29,628 nt of DNA from Patellaria atrata CBS 101060 (lineage: Eukaryota), in contig MU006123.1 in assembly GCA_010093705.1 (NCBI GenBank), positions 62,001 through 91,628 of the forward strand, written 5' to 3'. The notes beneath the pieces were generated by a model. That model did not search any database. It saw only the letters and a program-made list of their open reading frames with translations, and had not been told where the DNA came from. Within the stretch, counting starts at the first letter, position 1, and every line of letters starts with the position of its first letter. A program made the position numbers and the translations under genes. Positions 11,287 to 21,055 of the stretch are shown one piece after another.

Positions 11287-13209
11287 CTACTCCATAGGAT
11301 GTACATGCTTCTTCAAGCCCACACTACCACCTGCTTTCTCAGAAGCCTCCTTCTCCGAGGCTCCCGCTGCCGGACGAACTGATAGTCTGTCACTAGAAGT
11401 GACAGAGATGCCTGGAACTGGGGTGGCACGTCCTTCAATAGGAGTACTGGTACCCCTAGCGGGACTCCCGAGTCCTGCAAATGGTGTCACTGTGCCAGAT
11501 GGCGGAACCGGAATTTTGATGTCCTCGGGCGAACCGGGTACCATGAATTCAGGAAGATCGGGGATGGTAATCCGTTTGGCGACGTTATTGTACGAGGCGG
11601 GGATAATCTGTATAAGTTACAATCAAGTCCAATGTGGATGTAGAATTGTGATCGGGCTGGTCCCTTGTAAATGATTAATGATAAAAACCTACCTCGATAA
11701 TTTCATTCCTAGGAAAGCTAAGTTTGGGAATGTCAGCCGCGTTACAGGCCATTAAATAGCCATAGAGAACACGAAGCACACTTTCGTGAGCAATAATTAG
11801 GAGGTCATTGTTTTCGCGCTCCAGCTCGAGGATGATAGGTTCTAGACGAACAGCGAGATCGTGGTACGACTAATGCTCAAATATCAGCCCGTATTAGAGG
11901 AAGAAATTAGAAGGAAAAGTTTTACCTCTGCTCTGGGATACCGGTGATGATACGGATCTGATTCATGTTTCGCTACCTCCATCGGAAATTCCTCTCGAAT
12001 TCTCTTTTCAGACATCTTCTCACACACACCAGGGTTCATCTGACTCATCTGTGACCGCTGACGTACCCGGTAACCTAAACCTGCGAGATAATCCGCGGTT
12101 TCGATCGTGCGGCGTCTAGTTGAAGTCCATATTGTAAGAGGTTTTAGAGCGTTGTCCGGACCACCCTTATCTATGATCGCTTGCCGCTCTTTTTCACGGT
12201 GAGCACGGAGGGTGTCACTCATCTTCACGGCGTAGTCTCTTCCGGCTTGAGATAAGGATGCATCCGCTTTGTAGGAATCTTCTTCATTTGTAGTTCCTGC
12301 CCGTGCAAAGTAAGTTTGTCTGGATTTGATGTGGAGGTTGAGAAGATAGAAGACTATCCGTTGGGAAAGATATCCAAAGGCGCAATTATTGACCACTACT
12401 TGTTCTCCGGCATTTATCATCTTGATCCAATGGAGATCAGATTCTTCCATGGTCTCAAAATGTGGTATCCTGGCTGATATACGTGCTAGGTAATCTTTGA
12501 TGGCATCAACATCATTCCAGCCTTTGTAGTCAGGGGACGAGATCTTGACGTTTCGCACGTTCTCTTCAATGATACGTTCATCGTTACACTGAGACTCGAT
12601 GAACAATGTTGTAATCTGATGTTTCTGAAACTCCTTTGCAAGAGCTATTCGACCAGCAGATATAGCATTGACAGCATCATAAATAGCTACTTGGCCATTT
12701 TCGTGCTCTAGGAAGCGATAGATATCCTCGCGACATTTCTTCAATATCTTGTTACGAAGGAGTACGGAGGACGGAGATGCATTCACAAAGAAGTAGTCTT
12801 CCGGTACGTCATTACCTGGCCCGACGGTTGCTCGTCGATAGTCCCCTAAGTGGAATACATGAGTTTTCACTCCTAGCCAGCGGAGGTAACGAGCCAACGC
12901 CACTGAAATGTGTGTCTTCCCTCTTGCAGGGAGACCAACAGTTGCGATGACAATCCTTCCCGCATGAAAGAGTCTGCCGGATTCAGTACTGTATAACTGG
13001 GCCGGTGCCATTTCCTCTTTCTCTGGTAGGTCATGGATTGCATCAACATAGGTACTTGACCTCCTCCGGAAATTGGGTGAATTGGCCGCCACGTCGGCGG
13101 TTCTGAATTAGGGCACACTGTCAGATATGTACAAACGGTATTTAATTAATGGTTCTATTTGCATTTCTTCGTGACTAGATAGAAGACCGACGTACAGTAG
13201 AGTATCCAT
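11287..13209 (-). CDS. 6-phosphofructo-2-kinase/fructose-2,6-bisphosphatase homologue, YLR345W-type subfamily; exons 13209-13196, 13102-11926, 11869-11693, 11607-11287
   Basis: Motifs PAQLYSTESGRLFHAGRI, P-loop VGLPARGKT, DPYHHRYPRAE|SYHDLAVRLEPIILELER and IIAHESVLRVLYGYLM. A 14-nt first coding exon (ATGGATACTCTACT|GTACGT) splices in frame to give MDTLLTADVAANSP, so the ORF track's GTG start is not the real start. Confidence 0.9.
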
Positions 13210-13804
13210 CTTGAAAGTCGCTCTTGATCGGACCCTGACAGTTTGAAAGATTCTAGTACACGGAAGAAATATAGAACGGGGGCACTTTTGGTCTGCAAAT
13301 GAGAACAAGTGAAAGGAAAGTGGTAGATTCGGGTGTATCAGTAGGTGATATTCCAGGAGCGAGAGTAGGAACTCCGCGGAAATCTTGAGAGGCTATTGAG
13401 AGCAAGAGATGTTCAGTAGAACTAGTTGAGAGAGGAATCAACCTTGGTCTAATGTGGGAGAAGATCAGTGGGAGAAAGAGCGAAAATTGTTGTAAAGGAG
13501 GGGAATTCATAAATGGAAAAAGGAAGTTTATGATATCGGAATCGTGAACTCGGTGTCGGCGATGTCTGTGATGTCTTTCTCGATGACATAAAGGGCTTAG
13601 CTAACTTAAGAATATCTGCTGAATAATAAGCTTGGCAGCCTGGCATCAGTTAACCTCAACCTTAGCTAGAAATCTTTCAGAGTTAAAAGAGCAAGTTGTG
13701 GGTATCCTCTGATGTTTCAGTCTCAGGATCAATGCAAAACAATAAAACATTCAGTCAGGAGCCACTTCTTGGAAGGTCCCCCAAATCCCTAACTATCCCA
13801 CAAG

Positions 13805-14560
13805 ATGCGCCATTCACCCTCGACGTGCGCCATCCATGAGGCTCTTTACCGCGTTTTCGTCCAACCCTCACGTAACCCAGTATCTCGCTTGAGAATTCCG
13901 CCCATACCTACTCGGAACCACACCTCTCACGTTCTAATACGGTTCCCTCGCTCTCAATACCGTACCTATAAAGGCGCTCAAAGGTTTCCCGTCGTAACTG
14001 ATAAACCGTACGATGAGAACATTCCTTCTTCGACTGTCTCGTTAATTTTGGACGGCAAAGTTCAAGAACCACAACGCTTGTTTACATTGTTGGGCACATT
14101 AAATCGCGAAGAGGAGGTGCTTGTTCAGGTCTCACCTCCCGAGTCTGACTCCGTACCACTTGTTAGAATTTACTCTCGCGCCGCACTTTACACTGCTGCG
14201 CGTGAAAAAGAGAAGACGGACAAAGTAAGGAGAAAGGGCTTAGCCACAAAGGAATTGGAGATGAATTGGGCAATTGATGGCAATGATCTAGCACATCGCC
14301 TAAGCAGGCTGAAAGAATTCTTGGGACAGGGGAGACGCGTGGATGTGACACTAGCTCCGAAGAAGAAGGGAAGGAAAGCGACCCTTGAGGAAGCGAGGGA
14401 ATTGCTTCAGACATTGACGAAGAGTGCCGAGGAGACAGGGGCGAAGATATTGAAGCAAGAAGGAGCTCTTGAGAGGGTCATGATGCTGACCTTCAGTAAG
14501 GATAATAAAACACGCAATGCTGTGGAGGAGACGTCAGAAGACGAAAGATCATCTATGTGA
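13805..14560 (+). CDS. Mitochondrial translation initiation factor 3 (mIF3, Aim23 equivalent)
   Basis: Arg-rich targeting-like N-terminus, IF3-N-like PYDENIP...LVQV segment, and IF3-C-like KELEMNWAIDGNDLAHRLSRLKEFLGQGRRVDVTL. Confidence 0.82.
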   Translation: MRHSPSTCAIHEALYRVFVQPSRNPVSRLRIPPIPTRNHTSHVLIRFPRSQYRTYKGAQRFPVVTDKPYDENIPSSTVSLILDGKVQEPQRLFTLLGTLNREEEVLVQVSPPESDSVPLVRIYSRAALYTAAREKEKTDKVRRKGLATKELEMNWAIDGNDLAHRLSRLKEFLGQGRRVDVTLAPKKKGRKATLEEARELLQTLTKSAEETGAKILKQEGALERVMMLTFSKDNKTRNAVEETSEDERSSM

Positions 14561-14700
14561 ACTGGTCCTTGTAATATGAGTAAACTTTTCTTGTCACAAC
14601 CGTGCTCGCGTGGGTGTAGCATCATAGCTCTTGTGGATTATTCATGTATATTGTACATTGTAGTATTAGAAAAACACAGCTGTTAACGCAGGAATAACTA

Positions 14701-15737
14701 CTACACAGCGGTTTCAGCAACAGAAGCCTGTCGCGATAACCTGCTCATTGGTTTGGCTATGTCGCTCTGATGTTCTAGGAAAATGTTTTTAAGCGCCTGA
14801 TTCTCGACGATCAGCCTCCCCGTTTCCAGAAGGTTTTTGACATCCACATCGTCTTTTGTCAAGACTTTCCCATGTTCTCCAATATCTTGCATGGAATCGT
14901 GGAGATTATTCCTCCTCACATCTGTGATGAACAGACTCCTTCCATAGGTATGTCCCCATCCGTTTGTTTCCATTATTTCCTTCAATAATATCGAATCCGT
15001 CCTTGGTAGATCGGCTATGTCCCTGAGAATGATAACCTCGCCCCTTTTATATCGATATGATAGTGCCGTTCTCCACGCTAGATCGTATATTTTTCGTGGT
15101 AGTTCTGTACTAAAATCTCTCGGATGCGGACCATGTGCCACACCACCGCCCCTGAGCATAGGAGACTTTCTATCTCCCAATCTTGCCCGACCCGACCCTT
15201 TCTGCGCTCTAATTTTCTTTCCGCTTCCAGCGACATCACCACGCCATTTCGTGCTTGCCGTGCCTTGTCTCGTCGCATCACCTTCGAAGACTACGGCGCG
15301 GTGGAGGATGTCGCGGCGGAGGGGTAACGAAAGGTATTCAACAGGATATGAGGTATATTCTAGAGGTTCCATATCTGGGAAAGAGTACAGGGTGGTGTGA
15401 ACGTCTCGAGGGGCAATGTGGACAGGAACCTTGGATATCGAGTCAAAGATTGGGTGGATGATTTTAATGGGGAGTTCAGGGAGGGAGCATCGGGGTGTTG
15501 AAGATGTTTCCTGTGTACGGATTGCATTTAATGATTTGGCTACGGATTCCTCAGGTCCAATTACTGTTGCCATTGAGCGTGAGGCGGATGGTAAAATTGA
15601 TAACTAACTGAGAGTTAGTGAATGACACCTCCAGCCGAATCACAGTTACGCACGGGTGATAGCATTTGAGGAGAGCCATCTTGGATTGTACGAGCTGTAA
15701 TAGCCCTGATAGAGGTAGATAAGGCTTTTGATGCCAT
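14701..15737 (-). CDS. YML6: Mitochondrial ribosomal protein uL4m (YmL6); probable exons 15737-15654, 15603-14701
   Basis: L4 signature RRDILHRAVVFEGDATRQGTASTKWRGDVAGSGKKIRAQKGSGRARLGDRKSPMLRGGGVAHGPHPRDF. An upstream ATG at 15737 encodes the presequence MASKALSTSIRAITAR, joined in frame through a 50-nt intron 15653-15604 (GTGCGT..CTAAC..TAG). Confidence 0.93.
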
Positions 15738-15889
15738 TACTTGTTTGTGGTTATTCTAATTTGGGGATGGGTGCACGGTTTAAAGAGAGATGGTGTTGCC
15801 AAGAAAGATTATGTACATAAAAGTTCTCTCATCACTGCTACCCGTTACTGCAAGGAGAACTTCATCCGCAACTAACTTCACCATCCACA
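15738..15889. promoter_or_regulatory. 152-bp head-to-head intergenic region; probable bidirectional promoter of uL4m and mL38
   Basis: Divergent start codons at 15737 (-) and 15890 (+). Confidence 0.65.
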
Positions 15890-17196
15890 ATGTCGGTCTC
15901 AGGACAGTCATCCAGACCAATTGCTTTCTGCATGCAATGCTCGAAGAGTTACCAATTTCTGACGATCTCCACTAAACGCATTGCTCGACCGTTTTCGATC
16001 ACAACAGCTGCGGATGTCGAAGTGCAGACGCCGAATGGTCCCGCCACGCTCGATCCAGCAACTGTCTCATTACCTCGACTCGAACGTAAGCTCATCAGAG
16101 AGTCTGGGAAATATCCTATTGGATCTCGAAGACGACGTGCTGCGTTACAAAGCTCCGAGAACATCCCATTCGAACAGTTACCGTACCAATGTTTTCAAGA
16201 AGCGCGGAAGGTTCTACAGGCTGACCGTGAAGAGAAAATCGAGCAAATTGAAGTCCAGAGGGAGCGGATTGCGCGTCTTAGGCAACAAGACCCTGCTGTG
16301 AGCGGTGGAGAAGAGCGGAAACAGAATAGGCTGGATAGCATGCAGAGATATCTCGAACAGTTGAAAATATTCGCTGATATCAACGATCCATTGGTCAAAA
16401 AAAAGTTTGAGGATGGACAAGGTGTGACATTCCGCTACTCTTCCAGTCTTATAGCCGTGCTAAGTAAGCGTCGACAGGTGATATGAATAAGCCTATATAT
16501 CGGTACTTGGCGAACCGGAAGTGGAGAGCACAAAAACGCCTTATCCAGATGCAACGCATTACCCAGATGCACATTGTGCCAGATGTTCTCCCAGCTATTG
16601 ATCCTTCTGTTGATGTAAACATATCTTATGGCAAAACAACCATTCAACCGGGCGAATTCATCGACTCCGCCGTTAGCGTTATCCCACCCAAACTACATGC
16701 CCAGGTCTTCGATAAGGGCGAAAGACTCGTCACTGTAGTCTTAGTGGATTCGGATGTACCGAATCTGGCAGAAGACAAATTTGATTACAGGTGCCACTTT
16801 ATCGCTGCCAATGTTCTGCTTTCGCCGACAATTAACTACATTGCGCTTGATAAACTTAGTGACGATAAAGTGGTTATACCATGGCTTCCACCTTATGCAC
16901 AGAAGGGCAGCCCCTACCACAGATTATCTCTCTTCCTATTGCAACAACCAGAGGGTGTACAGCTTGACGTCGCAGCCCAACAGGCTAGAACGAAACGGGA
17001 TAACTTCAAATTGAGGAGTTACATTGACAAATACCTGTTACATCCAATCGGAGTAACTCTGTTCAGAACGCAATGGGACGAAAATATGGCCAAAGTGATG
17101 CGAGATGCCGGGTTGGAAGGTTCTGGTATCGAGTTGAAGAGGGAGCGCGTGCAGCCTCTTCCATATAAAAAGAAAGACGGCGCTAGGTACAGATAG
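15890..17196 (+). CDS. MRPL35: Mitochondrial ribosomal protein mL38 (YmL35, PEBP-like domain); exons 15890-16421, 16478-17196
   Basis: Motifs IGSRRRRAAL..IPFEQLPYQCFQEARK, ADINDPLVKKKFEDGQG|DMNKPIYRYLA and PEBP-like VDSDVPN..WLPPYAQKGSPYHR..FRTQWD. Intron 16422-16477 is GT..CAG. Confidence 0.94.
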
Positions 17197-17451
17197 TCGT
17201 CCGAGTTTGTCCCCTTTCAATTTGTGTATGATATTGTAAAATAGTTGACGTATAACTGTAATTATTTGCGAGAAGGGCCAATTTTGGTGCGAATGTAAGG
17301 TAGACTATAAGATTCATGTCCCTTCTCTTCCTGTGATTGAGTTCCTTTAGGCATACACATGCGTACCTATAAATTGAATTTATCACGGTAATGGTTCGGT
17401 ATGGTGAGGTGGTGTTACTCCACCTTATCTAAGCAGGTGGATGCCCCACCA

Positions 17452-18878
17452 GGGGGTCGCAGAATTCGTGGGACACCGAAGATAAGCCGTAACGGCCAAA
17501 ACAATCAACAAAACAGATAATATTACTATCTATTTCACCATTTCGCACCTCTAATGGGTCCTCCACCTGATTTTACTAGTATTCTACATCTCCAGGGCAT
17601 CTGTGTAATACGTTCACGAATTTCCTCTATTGTTATCTTGCTCCACTCCTCCTGGATCACCCTTTTAAGCTCCATTGTATTATTCCAGTCTCTCTTTCCA
17701 ACCCTCTCTTGAAGAACAACCCAAACACCTTCAATTGGATTGAGATCTGGAGACTGAGCAGGGTGGGTGAGGTTTTTGATGTTGTTCTCGTCTCTAACGC
17801 GTTGAGCAAGGCCGTGCGATGGGTCTCCATCTTCAACTAAGAAGTAGTTTCCAGGAGATCTCTGGCACCTATGATTAATAGCTTCTATGAAAGTAGGTAG
17901 AATATGCTTCACGTAGTACTCCTGTGTCATTGAGTTGCCTTTTGGAATGATTTCCACATCCCTAGGCTTTGATGCCTCCCACTCCTCAACACGCTTGGAA
18001 TACCGATCTTGAGACTCGTATTTTGACTTCCGTGGCTTTGGTGGAGGCTTAGGTTATCAACTTTAGGTGGTAGCTCTTTATAGAACGTTAACTTAGGGCA
18101 TTTCTCATGCCAATTGATCCAGCCAGAGATATGGATTGTAACGCCTTCAAGTTCCTTCCTCTCTTCTATATTCTCCGGATCTAAACGTGTGCCTTGCTCA
18201 CGGAGTATATTCCCTCGCTTCTGATAGTCCGGATCAAACTGTATTTCGTCCGTAAAGTAGATATATTGCCAAAAAGACACAACTGTTTCGTCTTGATATT
18301 TTTTCCCGTATTTTTCTCGATCCTTACGGTTTTTATCAGAGATTTCCTTCTTAATATACGCCTGCTTATAGCGCCGAGCGTGATTTGTATGCCTAGCTAA
18401 GGCAGGTTGAGCTGTAGAAACGGACGCGTTGATTTTATGGTACTCGAGCTGATAATCTAACTTCCTCTTTCGTACGGGATTTTCCCGCGGATTTACTAGC
18501 ATTTTACACTGTTCTTCAGCGATAATTTCCTTCCGGCCTAGCCGTGCTAATAATTTACGAGTCCGACTAAAGCTTGGAGAGCCCATTATATCACGTTGTT
18601 GTAGCCAGCGAGAGGCTGTAGATTTGGAGTCTTCAGTACGGCTGGCAACAGAGCGAAGAGATTCGTTGACATCTTTAGTGTCAAATGCATTGAAGAAACG
18701 AGATTTTTGAGGGGTACCATACTCAGAATGATTCTTCCGCCCATCAAGCAGCAAATCGTGCCTTTTAGAGCGTGTTAATGGCGCCATATTCACTTGTTTT
18801 ATGATGTTTACAGAGCACGAGATTCTTTGTTTACACGATCCGGCTTATCTTCGGTGTCCCACGAATTCTGCGACCCCC
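17452..18878 (-). mobile_element. Tc1/mariner-superfamily DNA transposon (about 1.43 kb) with 38-bp perfect TIRs
   Basis: GGGGGTCGCAGAATTCGTGGGACACCGAAGATAAGCCG at 17452-17489 and its reverse complement at 18841-18878. The right flank is TA and the left flank is CA. Confidence 0.93.
17535..18787 (-). pseudogene. Tc1-type DDE transposase, frameshifted
   Basis: ATG at 18787 (MAPLTRSK). Catalytic motifs YFTDE, LVEDGDPSH and HPAQSPDLNPIEGVW are present. A single-base frameshift near 18054 (GTT GAT AA CCT AAG CCT CCA) splits it into the two ORFs of the track. Confidence 0.88.
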
Positions 18879-19069
18879 TAGTGCCCTGTGGTCTATCGCC
18901 ATTACCCATCTAGTAAGTACCTACCTAGGTGGGATGTATTCAAGCTTCAGATTACCTCAATGGATAAATTTTTCTATCAGCTCAAGCATTTTTGCCTTAG
19001 TTCTCTTCTCCTCACGCGTTGATTGATCCTCTCCAGGAAAGAATGGTCTTCACCAACCGTTAAGAAGTC

Positions 19070-20784
19070 ATGCCCACACCTTCCAAACCGTCTAAGATCC
19101 AATTAGCTGTCGCCCTTGCAATTGTCACCAGTAAACCGGAGAATATATCGATCAGAGGTGAGTCGTATCCTCACTACTCCGTAGTGGTGCAACCCGTACT
19201 GATTTTGGAGGATATGTCCTGCGGTTTAGGCAGTTTATAAGAAATGACCGACAAAAGTTGACAGAATTCAGGCGCTTTCGGTCCTTCGATTGCGCAAATT
19301 ATTGGTATTACCTGCATGAAAAAGCCGAGAAAGAGAACCGGGATCTGCATATGAAGATCATGGTTCTCGAGCAAAAATTGGAAGAGGAAATGTCAAAAAT
19401 AGGTTCTTCCTCGAAAGCTCGGAATGAAAGCTCTACAGCACTTGGAAAAAGGAAGAAGACCAGTGGGATAAATCCCGACGTAGACCGACCTTTCAGTAAA
19501 CGTGTGAGAGTGGAATCTACAGAAGGCACCTTTACTCATCTTAGCGGACTTGATGAGCTACCTAATTACCAGCCTTTTACTGGACCTCAAGGTATGTGAT
19601 ATCCCGCGGCTTGTTCCTGATCGTGATCTCTCTGACTATCCAGCTCAGGTAACACCTTACTACAGAGCCTTTATGTGATTCATAAAATGTTCAAAGACGG
19701 TAATTTCGAATCTGATGTGCTTGGATGGCATTTGAACCAAGCAGCGCTTGCCTTACCCGAAGTCATCTCATGTGCCTGTAGTAGCTATCAGAAGGCCCTT
19801 GATGAGATGAACGCTACGATCTCCGATGAAGAGTCACGTTCTGCACTTTCATCCATGAATGTGCGTACAACAGAGTCTGATATGCAATCAACATTGCGTT
19901 CAGCAGCTCGTATTATTGCTTCTCTGCTTCATGGTGTAACTAAGCTGGACTACTCTGCTGTCAACAAGCCCTGCGGATCTGTTATTTACTCCTACGTACA
20001 AATGTTCAGTCACATCTTCAGAAACATCCACACTTTTGCCTACGCCCGCGCAAAGGGGGGATTCCACAATGAGGACTTAAACGTTCTAAACAAGAAACCT
20101 AAGAGAAATGATGCTAACACATTGATCAATTCAAACATCCAGGACATATCCCGCCTCATCTCTCAACTGGTTCTGGCTACATTGTCCGCTTTGAGTCCCA
20201 GTCACTCAGCGCACAAAGATCTCTATGAAGGCTTTACCTATCTCGTCCTAGACGCCATTGGGAAGCGTTTATATCTTGCTGTCTTTGGTTGTGAACCGGG
20301 TAAAATAGTTGAAGATCAGATATTGGTCTCGAACACAACATTAAATGCTACCCATGCAGGACGAGGCCTCGACACAAGGGCTTTACAATACGAAATTCCT
20401 TACCTTGTTCATATCCTTGAGCGTTGTATGTCGCTCGCGGCATCATTCATGTCCAGAGACCTACCAACGCCTACGCGGAAGAGCCAGCAAAAGAGAAGCA
20501 GATCATCGCTAAATGACTCTAAACCTCCGGGAAAGGCCGAGAGATACCGAGCTAAGGTAACGTTGACAACGCACGCCAAACGGCGACTACAGCAGACTCT
20601 TGTTCGTGGTATGTTTGGTGAAGAGCCGAACGATGGGTTTTTCGACAGTCTTCGAATACCGTCTCCGCTATCGCAAATCGCGAAACCTCCTGCTTTTGAC
20701 GCAGGCGAGATGCGAGAGTGGTTCAAGTGTGAGGTTTGGAAGATGCTCGGATGGGAAATCCTTGGGGAAGTAAAGGATTGTTGA
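19070..20784 (+). CDS. Protein of unknown function; probable exons 19070-19157, 19211-19591, 19649-20784
   Basis: ATG at 19070; donors GTGAGT (19158) and GTATGT (19592) splice in frame into the 19258 and 19675 ORFs. The product has a short coiled coil, a basic NLS-like LGKRKK..SKRVR, a helical body and C-terminal WFKCEVWKMLGWEILG. The first acceptor is an uncommon GAG. Confidence 0.72.
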
Positions 20785-21055
20785 TAGGAACCTGATACAT
20801 TCTTCGTTGAGCAACTGGGGAGTATGAAGGCTGACGCTGTCTCTTATACTTCCCTCGTGGGATTTCCCGTACACCCAGTTTCATTAGATGGTGGTAGGCA
20901 AAGTTATCATTTCAGTCATCAACGCTCTCAAGTAGTAGCTCACGTTGATATCAGACTTCACAACTAGTTCGAGATCATCATATCCGTTCTTGTTGATTTC
21001 CTCAGTTTGTGGTTTCACAATTTGAAAATAATTTACTGAGGGAATACATTTGGCT

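Noticed and set aside
11884..13092. Apparent GTG-initiated PFK-2 protein (non-AUG start)
   Set aside because: It is explained by a 14-nt upstream ATG exon at 13209-13196 spliced in frame.
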